A stretch of 64,000 nucleotides of DNA from Myxococcota bacterium. GTDB taxonomy: Bacteria; Myxococcota_A; UBA9160; JAFDDA01. Positions 44,619-54,814 of the stretch are shown here, in pieces. The notes under the pieces are model-generated. The model did no database searches and was not told the origin of the DNA. It worked only from the letters and a program-made list of their open reading frames with translations. Each line of letters starts with the position of its first letter. The first letter of the stretch is position 1. The DNA lies in assembly GCA_965228475.1 (NCBI GenBank), contig OZ245817.1, positions 2,976,001 to 3,040,000 on the forward strand, written 5' to 3'. The position numbers were made by a program, and so were the translations under genes.

Positions 44619-46189
44619 GCGAACGCTTCTACATCACGACGCCGATCTACTACGTGAACGACCGCCCCCACATCGGGCATCTCTACACGACGACGGTGGC
44701 CGACGTGCTGGCGCGCTGGCACCGCCAGGCCGGCGAAGACGTCTTCTTCCTCACCGGCACCGACGAGCACGCGGCCAAGGTCGCCGACGCCGCCGCCGAG
44801 CGGGACCTCACCCCGATCGCCTGGGCGGACCGCAACGCGGAGATCTTCCAGGAAACCTTCGCGCGCTACGGCATCCGCAACGACGACTTCGTCCGCACCT
44901 CGGAGGACCGGCACAAGGAGCGCGTGGTGCGCTGGGTCGAACAGCTCCTCGAGACCGGCGACGTCTACCTCGGGGAATACGAGGGCTGGTACGACCCGGG
45001 CGAAGAGGAGTACGTCGCCGACGCCCGGGCGGAGGAGTTCGAGTTCAAATCCCCCGTCAGCGGGCGCGAGCTCGTTCGCAAGAAGGAGAAGAACTACTTC
45101 TTCAAGCTCTCGGCCTACACGGATGCGCTGCTCGAGCTACTCGAGAAGCGCCCCGGCTTCGTCCAGCCCGACGCCCGGCGCAACGAGGTCGCGGGCCGCA
45201 TCCGCGAAGGCCTGAACGACGTCCCGCTCTCCCGGACCGGCACCGGCGATTGGGGCATCGCCATGCCCGGCGACCCGGAACACCGCATCTACGTCTGGAT
45301 CGACGCCCTCTTCAACTACCTCTCCGCGGTCGATACGGACGAGCGCCGGCACCAGTGGCCGGCCTCGGTCCACCTGATCGGCAAGGACATCCTGTGGTTC
45401 CACGCGGTGATCTGGCCGGCCCTGCTGCTCGCGCTGCACCGCATCCCCGGCAACGAGTGGATCGCGGTCCCCGGCCGGATCTACGCCCACAGCTACTGGA
45501 TCAGCGAGGGGCGCAAGATGAGCAAGTCCCTCGGGAACTTCGTCGACCTCGAGAAGCTCGAAGGCTTCGTCGAGCGCTACGGCCTCGACGCGCTGCGCTT
45601 CTACCTCGTGGGCCAGGGCCCGATGGGCGTGAACGACGCCGACTTCGCGGCGGCGCGCTTCGACGAGCTCTACCACGCCGAGCTCGCCAACAAGCTCGGC
45701 AATCTCGTGAGCCGCACGCTCAACATGAACGCGAAGTTCGCGGACGGGCGCGTGCCCGAGCCGGGCGAGGCGGAAGCGCCCGAAGAAGGCCTGCGCGCGG
45801 CGGCCCGGGCCGCCGGTGAGGCCGTGGCGAACCACATGGAGCGGCTCGAAGTCGGCCGGGCCCTCGACGCCGCGATGGAGCTCGCCGCCGCCACCAACCG
45901 CTACCTCGACGAGCGCGAGCCCTGGAAGGCCGCCAAGGACCCGGCGCGTGAGGCCAGCGTGGCGACGACGCTCTACCACTGCTGCGAGGCCCTGCGCATC
46001 ACGGCCCACCTCCTCGTGCCCTTCCTGCCGGCGACGGCGGCGGAGATCTTCTCGCGGCTCGGCCTCGAGAGCGTCGCCCGCCCGAAGGACGCGCTCGCCT
46101 TCGGCGGCCTGGCGAGCGGCCTCCCGACGACCAAGGGCGCCGCCCTCTTCCCGCGAGTCGAGGCGGTCGACGCGGCGGAGGGGGCCTAG
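44615..46189 (+). CDS. metG: Methionine--tRNA ligase (short form)
   Basis: YITTPIYYVN..PHIGH, GTDEH, YVW.DAL.NY and KMSKS. Confidence 0.98.
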   Translation: MSERFYITTPIYYVNDRPHIGHLYTTTVADVLARWHRQAGEDVFFLTGTDEHAAKVADAAAERDLTPIAWADRNAEIFQETFARYGIRNDDFVRTSEDRHKERVVRWVEQLLETGDVYLGEYEGWYDPGEEEYVADARAEEFEFKSPVSGRELVRKKEKNYFFKLSAYTDALLELLEKRPGFVQPDARRNEVAGRIREGLNDVPLSRTGTGDWGIAMPGDPEHRIYVWIDALFNYLSAVDTDERRHQWPASVHLIGKDILWFHAVIWPALLLALHRIPGNEWIAVPGRIYAHSYWISEGRKMSKSLGNFVDLEKLEGFVERYGLDALRFYLVGQGPMGVNDADFAAARFDELYHAELANKLGNLVSRTLNMNAKFADGRVPEPGEAEAPEEGLRAAARAAGEAVANHMERLEVGRALDAAMELAAATNRYLDEREPWKAAKDPAREASVATTLYHCCEALRITAHLLVPFLPATAAEIFSRLGLESVARPKDALAFGGLASGLPTTKGAALFPRVEAVDAAEGA

Positions 46190-46192
46190 CGC

Positions 46193-47001
<809 letters not shown>

Positions 47002-47005
<4 letters not shown>

Positions 47006-47805
47006 GCGAAACCGAAGACCTCCTCGCCCTCGCCAGCCGGCTCGCCCGGGAGGCCGGCGCGATCCAGCGCGAGCGCTGGGGGACGAAGCTCGAGATCTCG
47101 ACCAAGAGTGCCGAGGTCGATCTGGTCACCGAAGTGGACCGCGCCTGTGAGGCCTTGATCATCGCCGGGATCGACCGCGAGCGGCCGGGCGACGCGATCC
47201 TGGCCGAGGAAGGAGGCGGCCGCGAGATCGACGGCGCCACCTACCGCTGGGTGATCGACCCCCTCGACGGCACGACGAACTTCGCCCACTCCTACCCGTG
47301 CTTCGCGGTGTCGATCGGCATCGAGCGCGAGGGGGAACCGCACGTCGCCGCCGTCTACAACCCGGTGATGGACGAACTCTTCCACGCGACGGCCGGCGGC
47401 GGCGCATTCCTGAACGGCCGCCCCATCCGGCCGACCCCGGAGACGGACCTCGGCAAGGCGCTCGTCGCCACGGGCTTCGCCTACGACCGCCGCAAGAGCG
47501 AGCGCGACAACCTCGACGAGCTCGCCCACTTCCTGGCCCGCGCTCGGGCGATCCGGCGCGACGGGAGCGCCGCCCTCGACCTGTGCGCCGTCGCCTGCGG
47601 CCGGCTCGACGGCTACTGGGAGTTCAAGCTCGCACCCTGGGACGTCGCGGCCGGGCGCCTCATCGTGACCGAGGCCGGCGGCCGCGTGTCCGATACCGCC
47701 GGCGGCCCGGCGCCCGCGTCGGGTGCGGAGATGGTCTCGAGCAACGGCGGGATCCACGAGGCCATGCTCGAGACCCTGGCCACGGCGCGCGGAGCCGCCT
47801 CGTGA
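47002..47805 (+). CDS. suhB: Inositol monophosphatase
   Basis: DLVTEVD, WVIDPLDGTTNF, GSAALDL and WDVAAG. Confidence 0.93.
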
Positions 47806-48209
47806 GCCTGCCGGACTCGGACTTCACGCGCGGGCTCGGCATGGAGACGGCGACCTGCGCCGACGGGCTGTGCGTGATCGAGCTCGAGCTCGACGATCGG
47901 CACATGAGCGTCGCCCGCCGCGCCCACGGCGGCGTGCTGTTCACCATGCTCGACACCGCCATGGGCCGCGCGGTGATCTCGCGCCTGCCGGCCGGCAAGG
48001 GCTGCGCCACCGTCGAAGCCAAGATCAACTACCTGCGGCCCGTCCAGGGCGGCCGGCTCCGCGCCGAGGGCCGGGCCCTCGACATGACCCGCCGCACCGC
48101 CTACTGCGAAGGCCTGATCCGCGACGGCGAGGGCCGCATCCTCGCCCGCTCCTCGGGGACCTTCTTCCTCACCGAAACGATCGAGCAGGGCGATCGCGAG
48201 CGCGTCTGA
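47802..48209 (+). CDS. PaaI-family thioesterase
   Basis: HGG....LD.AMG and T.E.KINYLRP. Confidence 0.9.
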   Translation: MSLPDSDFTRGLGMETATCADGLCVIELELDDRHMSVARRAHGGVLFTMLDTAMGRAVISRLPAGKGCATVEAKINYLRPVQGGRLRAEGRALDMTRRTAYCEGLIRDGEGRILARSSGTFFLTETIEQGDRERV

Positions 48210-48220
48210 GCCCGGCCGGT

Positions 48221-49651
48221 TCAGGGCGCCGGTGCGTCTTCGACCGGCTCTTCCTTCGACAGGAAGCGGTTGCGGAGCGCTTCGGCGCTCAGCGGCAGGT
48301 GCTCGGCCAGCTCGAATGCGATGCGGTAGATCCGCTCGCCGTCCGCCGAGCGCGCGACGATGCCCCGGTCCGGATCCGGCTCACCGAGCAGGATCTCGGC
48401 GAGCACGGGCCCCTCGGCGCCCTCCTCACCCACCCCGCGGACGCGCAGCCGCACCCGCGGCGGGACCAGACCGAGCGATTCCTGCTCGGCTTCGCCGAGG
48501 GCGTCGGCCACGATGTCGACGCCACGCAACTTCGCGAGCTCGGCCACCATGCGCGCCGCCTTGCCGGGGGCGAGCCGTTCGGGCGAGGACGCCCAGCCAT
48601 CCTCGGTGCGTTCGGCGAGCACGACGTGGGCCCCCGCCTCCGGGTCGTGGAAGGCGATCTCGAGCCCCTTGGCCGCCTCGGCCTCGAAGTTCGCCAGCTC
48701 CTTGAAGCGGTAGGCGGCGACGTCGCGCGGGAAGGCGCGCAGGCGGTCCGTCGAGACCAGGTAGAGGGAATGCTCGCGGGCGCGGACGGGGTGCTGCCCG
48801 CCGGCCTCGTTCTCGCTGCCGACCTTCAGGTGGAAGACCGGCGGCGGTGCGGACGCATCCTCGCCCGCCGGTGCGCCGGTGAGCTTCGCCTCGAACACGG
48901 GCCGGTCGAGTCCGACCTCCGGGTCCGCCGGCGGATCGTCGACGAAGTCGTCTGCGCGCAGGTAGGAGAGGTCCGAGAGCAGGGATTCGACGGCCTCGGG
49001 ATCGGCACGGTCCGAGAGCGGCTCGACCACGCGCCACGCACCCTCTTCCTTGGCGAGCACGACGCCACCGCCCTGCCAGCGCAGCTCCGCCCGCTCGATC
49101 CCGTCCTTGTCGAAGGGCAGGACGCGCTTCTCGCGCAGCTCGTCGAGGGTCCGCCGCAGGGCCGCCGCCCGGAAGCTCGGGATCGTGTAGACGGTCTCCG
49201 CGTCGCCGCGGGCCGCGTAGTGGTTGCCGCCGACGGGCGTCTTGCCGCCGACGCGCACGGCGAACTCGCCGTCCCCGGTGCCGAAGCGGACCTCCGTCGC
49301 ACCCGCGCCGAGGCCGTAGACCTCGGGCGACTGGGGGGACTCGATCACGCCGGCGCTGCGCGTCTCGACGATGGCGGCGACGAGGCCGTCCACGGCGAGC
49401 CCGTCGGTCGGGAAGCTCACGGGCTCGACGAGCCGCCAGCGCCCGTCCTGGCGCTCGAGCCGCGCCGCTCCGGCGTCGCTCGTTTCGAGGGCCAGCCAGC
49501 GGACGTCGGGCTCCTCGAGCTCCGGGAAGAGCTCCCGGGCCTCGGCCTCGGCCTCCTCGGCGTCCCCCTTGCGGACGTTCTCGTTCCACCAGACCCCGCC
49601 CACCACGACCAGGGCGACGAGGAAGAGGATTCCCGTGCTGCGCGGATTCAT
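48221..49651 (-). CDS. DUF4340 domain protein
   Basis: N-terminal TM helix; repeated W....P...D and YGL..P modules; follows the GldG-like gene. Confidence 0.8.
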   Translation of the reverse strand: MNPRSTGILFLVALVVVGGVWWNENVRKGDAEEAEAEARELFPELEEPDVRWLALETSDAGAARLERQDGRWRLVEPVSFPTDGLAVDGLVAAIVETRSAGVIESPQSPEVYGLGAGATEVRFGTGDGEFAVRVGGKTPVGGNHYAARGDAETVYTIPSFRAAALRRTLDELREKRVLPFDKDGIERAELRWQGGGVVLAKEEGAWRVVEPLSDRADPEAVESLLSDLSYLRADDFVDDPPADPEVGLDRPVFEAKLTGAPAGEDASAPPPVFHLKVGSENEAGGQHPVRAREHSLYLVSTDRLRAFPRDVAAYRFKELANFEAEAAKGLEIAFHDPEAGAHVVLAERTEDGWASSPERLAPGKAARMVAELAKLRGVDIVADALGEAEQESLGLVPPRVRLRVRGVGEEGAEGPVLAEILLGEPDPDRGIVARSADGERIYRIAFELAEHLPLSAEALRNRFLSKEEPVEDAPAP

Positions 49652-51229
49652 CTAACGCCCCGGGGCCCGGCGGCGCCACCACCACGCGCCGACGCCGATC
49701 ACGGCGATCAGCTCGGGCAGGACGAAGAGCGACAGGTATCGGATGGTCGCGAACTCGTCCTGGGACGGGTTGAAGCGCGAGGCGCGCGCGGTGTTCGGCC
49801 GCACGGAAATGGCTTCGACGTCCCCGAGCAGCCAGTTCACGCTGTTCACGAACAGGTCGCGGTTCCGGTAGGCGTCGATCAGCTGGTTCGTCGCGAAGTC
49901 CGAGTCGCCGAACACGACGAGACGGCCGCCCTCGGCCGGCACTTCGCCGTCCTCGGCGGAAAGGCCGAGCGTCCCGGCGACGGCGACGGGCACAGGCCCC
50001 GCGAGGTCGTCGGGGCCCTTCTCGGCGCGACCGCTGCGCAGGTCCCGCTCGCCCCAGGAGTCCGCGCTCGTCCGCACGATCTCCGTGAAGGCCTCGCGCG
50101 CCTCGGGACGCGCCCGCACGCTGCGCGCCTGGTGGAACATGGTCGGCTCGCGCAGGCCCTGGTTGATCGGATGGCTCGGGTACTCGGCCGCGAGCGGCGT
50201 CGTGGCCCGGCCGAACAGGCTCTGCAGGTAGTCGACGATCACGTCCGCGCCGAGCTCGACGCCCCAGTTCGAGAGCGCCCCGTAGAGGTTCGTGTTGGCG
50301 TTCGGATCGACCATCACGAGCAGGCTCCCGCCCCCGTCGAGGTAGCGCGAGAGGGCCGCCTCCTCTTCGGGCAGGAAAGGCCGGGTCGGGCCGGCCAGGA
50401 TCAGCGTGTCCGCGTCCTCGGGGACGTCGCCCCGCGTCGCGAGCAGCAGCGGCTCGAAGCGGTAGTTCTCGTTGGCCAGGGCCTCGGCCGCGCGCGAGAA
50501 GCCCGTCGGCTCGGCCGAGCCCGGGCCCTCCACGGGCCGCTCGTTGTGCCCGGTGAGGAAGTAGACCTTCTTCTCTCCGGTGCGCGTGAGCTTCAGGATC
50601 GCGTTGGTGATGGTCTCCTCGTCGACCTGGTCGATCACCGTCTGCTCGTTCCCGATGGCGACGTGCAGCAGGCCCTGGGCGAGCCGCTCCGGTTCCACGC
50701 CGAGGGTCTCGACGAGGTCCGGGCGCTCGTTCGGATCGGCCAGCGTGTACTGGAAGCGCTCGCTCTCGTAGGCGTAGCGCTCGAGCACGCCCTCGATCTG
50801 CATCTGCTCGACGCGCGAGAAGAGCGCCGTCACCTGGACGTCGCGCTCGAGACCGTCGAGGAGCTTCTGGGTCTGGTCCGAGAGCGAATGGACGCCCGAC
50901 TCGGTCCAGTCGAAGCGCACCGGGTTGCGGGCGGCGAAGTAGCCGAGCGCCGCCACGATCGCGATCGCGAGGGCGGTCTGCACCAGCGCGCTCGTCCCGT
51001 AGGTGCCCACGCGGCGCGCCTCCCCGGAACTCATGCGATCGCGCAGCCCCTCGAAGCCGACCACCAGCCAGACGACGATGAGGAGCACGCCGACGACGAA
51101 GTTTCCCCAGATCCAGGAGAGATCCCAGAGCGCCACGCCCGGACTGAACGCCGAGAGCAGCAGGCTCGCGATCCCGAAGAGCAGGGCCACGACGCCGAGA
51201 GCGCCGAACAACGACGTGAATCGACTCAT
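49652..51229 (-). CDS. GldG-like ABC transporter auxiliary protein
   Basis: D.T....SLS.QT, YFLTGH.E, YL..GG and GDSDF..N motifs; C-terminal TM helix. Confidence 0.85.
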   Translation of the reverse strand: MSRFTSLFGALGVVALLFGIASLLLSAFSPGVALWDLSWIWGNFVVGVLLIVVWLVVGFEGLRDRMSSGEARRVGTYGTSALVQTALAIAIVAALGYFAARNPVRFDWTESGVHSLSDQTQKLLDGLERDVQVTALFSRVEQMQIEGVLERYAYESERFQYTLADPNERPDLVETLGVEPERLAQGLLHVAIGNEQTVIDQVDEETITNAILKLTRTGEKKVYFLTGHNERPVEGPGSAEPTGFSRAAEALANENYRFEPLLLATRGDVPEDADTLILAGPTRPFLPEEEAALSRYLDGGGSLLVMVDPNANTNLYGALSNWGVELGADVIVDYLQSLFGRATTPLAAEYPSHPINQGLREPTMFHQARSVRARPEAREAFTEIVRTSADSWGERDLRSGRAEKGPDDLAGPVPVAVAGTLGLSAEDGEVPAEGGRLVVFGDSDFATNQLIDAYRNRDLFVNSVNWLLGDVEAISVRPNTARASRFNPSQDEFATIRYLSLFVLPELIAVIGVGAWWWRRRAPGR

Positions 51230-51230
51230 T

Positions 51231-52016
51231 TCAGCGCCACCTCACGCTTTCGACGACGGCTTTCGTGAGCAACAGGGGCACGGCGATCATCACACCGAAG
51301 TAGGCGAGATCCGCCGTATCCACGAGCCCCTGGGAGAGGCTCTCGAAGTGCGTACTCACCGAGAGCCAGGAGAGGAACCCTTCGAGCCACGGGGCGTTGC
51401 CCATGGCTCCGAGCTGCCCGATCACGCCGACGATCAGGAGCAGCAGCAGGATCACGAAGGCCAGGATGAAGGCGATGATCTGGCTGCGGCTCACCGAGGA
51501 GGCGAAGCAGCCGATCGCCGCGTAGGCGAGCCCCGTCAGCAGCAGCGCGAGCAGCCCCGCGGCCGTGCGCGCGAACTCGGGGTCGCCGTACTGGAAGAGC
51601 ACCAGCGGAAAGAACCCGAGCAGCACGCCGAGCAGCAGCACGAACACCGCCGCGGCCAGGTACTTGCCGAGCACGATGTCCCAGACCGTGAGCGGGCTCG
51701 TCAGCAGGAGTTCGTCCGTGCCGTTGGCCTTCTCCGAGGAGAAGAGCCCCATCGTGATGCCGGGGATCACGAAGATCAGCACCACGTTCATGCTGCTCAG
51801 AAAGGGCGTGATCAGGCCGTCATTGAGGTTGAACTGCTGCAGGAAGTCGAAGGCCTGGAACTGCTGCGCCTGGCGCAGGGTCTCGACGAAGCTCACCACG
51901 CCGAGCAGGAAGAAGAACCCGGCGAGCAGCGCATAGAGCGTCAGGACGACGTAGGCGACGGGCGACACGAAGAGCGAGGAAAGCTCCCGCGCCGCGACGG
52001 CGGGAATCCGCTTCAC
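51231..52016 (-). CDS. GldF-like ABC-2 permease
   Basis: REL...F.SP.AY, EK..GT.ELLLT.P and GKYL. Confidence 0.9.
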   Translation of the reverse strand: MKRIPAVAARELSSLFVSPVAYVVLTLYALLAGFFFLLGVVSFVETLRQAQQFQAFDFLQQFNLNDGLITPFLSSMNVVLIFVIPGITMGLFSSEKANGTDELLLTSPLTVWDIVLGKYLAAAVFVLLLGVLLGFFPLVLFQYGDPEFARTAAGLLALLLTGLAYAAIGCFASSVSRSQIIAFILAFVILLLLLIVGVIGQLGAMGNAPWLEGFLSWLSVSTHFESLSQGLVDTADLAYFGVMIAVPLLLTKAVVESVRWR

Positions 52017-52810
52017 GGCCGGCCCTCCTCGCCCGCGGTCACCGGGGCGTCGTCGTCGCCGCCCGGGGCGTCGTCTTCCACCCCCGGGAAATCGCTGGCG
52101 GCCGTCCGCGCGAAGAGTTCCTCGAGGCGCCGGCCGCCCGACGTGAGCTCGGCGAGCGGGGCGTCCTCCATCTTCCGGCCGCGGTTGATCAGGATCACGC
52201 GGCCGCAGATCGCCTCGACCTCCGCGAGGATGTGGGTCGAGAGGATCACGCAGTGATCCCCGCCCTCGCCGGCGGCGAGCTCCTTGATCAGGGCGCGGAT
52301 CTCGCGGATCTGGATCGGGTCGAGGCCTACGGTCGGCTCGTCGAGGACCAGGACGGGCGGCGTGTGCACGATCGCCCCGGCGAGCCCGACGCGCTGTCGG
52401 TAGCCCTTCGAGAGCGCGCCGATCACGCGGCGCCGCACCTCGGTGAGGCCGCAGCGCTCGAGCGCGCGGTCGACGGCGGCCTTGCGCTTCGCCCGCGGCA
52501 CGTCCTGGATGGTCGCCGCGTACTTGAGGTAGCCCTGCACGTCCATCTCGGGGTAGAGCGGCGGCGTTTCGGGCAGGTAGCCGACGGAGCGGCGTGCGGC
52601 CTGGGCATCGGCGAACACGTCGTGACCGTCGATCACCGCCGTGCCGTCGCTCGGCGGCATGAAGCCCGTCAGCATGCGCATGGTCGTGGTCTTCCCGGCA
52701 CCGTTCGGCCCGAGGAACCCCACGACCTCACCGCGCCCCACCTGGAACGAAACGTCTTCGACCGCGACGAGATCCCCGTAGCGCTTCGAAAGGCCCTTGG
52801 CCTCGATCAT
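52013..52810 (-). CDS. GldA-like ABC ATP-binding protein
   Basis: GPNGAGKTT, LSKGYRQR and LDEPT.GLDP. Confidence 0.93.
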   Translation of the reverse strand: MIEAKGLSKRYGDLVAVEDVSFQVGRGEVVGFLGPNGAGKTTTMRMLTGFMPPSDGTAVIDGHDVFADAQAARRSVGYLPETPPLYPEMDVQGYLKYAATIQDVPRAKRKAAVDRALERCGLTEVRRRVIGALSKGYRQRVGLAGAIVHTPPVLVLDEPTVGLDPIQIREIRALIKELAAGEGGDHCVILSTHILAEVEAICGRVILINRGRKMEDAPLAELTSGGRRLEELFARTAASDFPGVEDDAPGGDDDAPVTAGEEGRP

Positions 52811-53493
52811 CCCTTTCCCCCGTGTTCTCCGACTCCGTTCAAGAAGATCTCGACGACGGTGCGTCCGACCCTCTCGTAGTAGGCACGATCCCGGCGCTCG
52901 CTCTCGCCGCGGTCCGTCTCCCCCTCGCCCTCCTTCTGGATGACGTTGAGCACCACGCCCGTGATCACGATCTCGAGCGCGCCGATGAAGACGTAGCAGG
53001 CGACGTCCGGGTCGAGGTCCTGGCGGACCTCCCCCGCCTCCTGCCCTTCGCGCAGGATGCGCGCGACGATCTGGAACAGCCGCCCCACGGCCCGGATCTG
53101 GCTCGGCTGCGCGAAACGCGAGGAGCGCTGGATCTCGAGCACGAGCACCTTCACCCACTCCGGGCGCACGTGGTGGCCGCCGAGGATGATCGTGGCCACC
53201 CGCCCGAGGCGCTCCTCCGCGCTGCCGGGCTGACCGGCCACGTGCTCGAGGGTGTCGAGGAAGGCGCCCCAGCGCTCCTCGAAGATCGAGCTCAGGACCT
53301 CTTCCTTGTTCTTGAAGTAGTGGTAGACGAGGCCGTAGGCGATGCCCGCCTCCGCGGCGATGTCCGCGATGCGCGAGCCGTGGTAGCCGCTGCGCGCGAA
53401 GACCTTGATCGCGGCCTCGAGGATGAGGGCGCGCTTGTCCGTGCGGTTCCGGGATTCGCGGTCGGGCTGGCTGGGGTCGGCGGGCGCAGTCAT
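52807..53493 (-). CDS. TetR/AcrR-family regulator
   Basis: IL.AA..VFA..GY....IADIA..AG.....VYHYF.NKE; ATGA-coupled to the ABC operon. Confidence 0.93.
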   Translation of the reverse strand: MTAPADPSQPDRESRNRTDKRALILEAAIKVFARSGYHGSRIADIAAEAGIAYGLVYHYFKNKEEVLSSIFEERWGAFLDTLEHVAGQPGSAEERLGRVATIILGGHHVRPEWVKVLVLEIQRSSRFAQPSQIRAVGRLFQIVARILREGQEAGEVRQDLDPDVACYVFIGALEIVITGVVLNVIQKEGEGETDRGESERRDRAYYERVGRTVVEIFLNGVGEHGGKG

Positions 53494-53689
53494 GACTCGT
53501 GGGGCGCATCATCGCGACGCGCAACAGGGGTTGCGAAGGATTCGTTCGGCCGCGAGGTTTCGAGCGCGGGCGAGTATAGCAGCAGGACCGGCCCTGGCTG
53601 CCGCCGCCCCAGGCTCGAATGCTAGAGTCCGGGCACCCCGAGTCGGGGTCCCCCGCCGATTCATTCGCCCCCGGAGGCCGTAGCCGAGC

Positions 53690-54814
53690 GTGCGCGTCGC
53701 ATTGGTCATCGAGCGCTTCCTGCCGCGCGGCGGAGGCGTCGAATCGGTCGCGTGGAACGTGGCCGCCGCCCTCGTCCGGCACGGGATGGAGGTCCACGTG
53801 CTGTGCCGCGACGGCGAGGACCAGGCCGGGGTCACCCGGCATGCCCTGGCCGTCCCGACCTTCTGGCAGCCCCTGCGCGTGGTCGCGTTCTCGCGCGCGG
53901 CGGCCCGCTGCGCGGAGCGCGAAGGCTTCGACGTGGTCCACAGCTTCTCGCGGACGCGGCGGCAGGACGTCTTCCGCGCGGGCGGCGGATGCCACGCGGA
54001 CTACCTCGAGCGCGCCCACGGCCCGCTCGGCCGGCGCCTCCGTCGCCTCTCGCCCCGCCACGCCCTGCTGCTCGGCATCGAACGCGCGGTCTTCGCGGAC
54101 CCGCGGCAGATCATCCAGTGCAACAGCACGATGGTGCGCGACCAGATCGCCGCGCGGCACGGCGTCGCCGGCGAGCGCTTCGTCGTGATCCCGAACGGGG
54201 TCGATCTCGATCGCTTCCGCCCCGGGGAACCCGCGGAAACCGAAGCGCTCCGCGCCGAGCTCTCGACGCCGGCCGGGCCGGCCTGGCTCTTCGCGGGGTC
54301 GGGCTTCCCGCGCAAAGGGCTCGACACGGCGCTGAAGGCCCTGGCCCTCGCAGGCAGCAGCGGGACGCTCTGGGTCGCCGGCGGGGACGCCCCCGGGCCC
54401 TGGCAGGAGCGCGCGGCGGCGCTCGGGCTCGGCGACCGCGTCCGCTTCCTCGGCGCACGCGACGACCTCGAACGCCTCTACGCCGCGGCCGACGCCCTCC
54501 TCCTCCCGACCCGCTACGACGCCTTCGCGAACGTCTGCCTGGAAGCCCTGGCGTGCGGCTGCCCCGTCGTGACCAGCGGAACCAACGGCGCCGCCGACGT
54601 GGCCGCCGAGGCGGGAATCGTCGTCGAAGACCCGGAGGACGCGGCGGGCTTCGCGAAAGCCCTCGAGCAGCTCGGCGAGGGCGAAACGCGCGCGCGGCTC
54701 GCGGCGCGAGCGCGCCCCGTCGCCGAGCGCTTCGGCTGGGACGTCCACGCCGAGGCGCTGCAGGCCCTCTACCGGCGCGTCGCCGGCTCGGATCCGCGCG
54801 GGGTGGCCGCATGA
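53690..54814 (+). CDS. GT4 glycosyltransferase (WaaG-like LPS core)
   Basis: GG.E, NGVDL.RF, GSGF.RKG and PT.YDAF....LEALA.G.P. Confidence 0.88.
   Translation: MRVALVIERFLPRGGGVESVAWNVAAALVRHGMEVHVLCRDGEDQAGVTRHALAVPTFWQPLRVVAFSRAAARCAEREGFDVVHSFSRTRRQDVFRAGGGCHADYLERAHGPLGRRLRRLSPRHALLLGIERAVFADPRQIIQCNSTMVRDQIAARHGVAGERFVVIPNGVDLDRFRPGEPAETEALRAELSTPAGPAWLFAGSGFPRKGLDTALKALALAGSSGTLWVAGGDAPGPWQERAAALGLGDRVRFLGARDDLERLYAAADALLLPTRYDAFANVCLEALACGCPVVTSGTNGAADVAAEAGIVVEDPEDAAGFAKALEQLGEGETRARLAARARPVAERFGWDVHAEALQALYRRVAGSDPRGVAA

Noticed and set aside
47723..51268. Very long alternative-frame or antisense ORFs (e.g. 47723..51268+, 33664..36723-, 23554..26484+, and the 5' extensions of 52013..55249-, 2871..5258- and 4529..6382-)
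   Set aside because: Arg/Pro/Gly/Ala-rich shadows of well-supported genes, as expected from stop-codon scarcity at high GC. They show no recognisable motifs.
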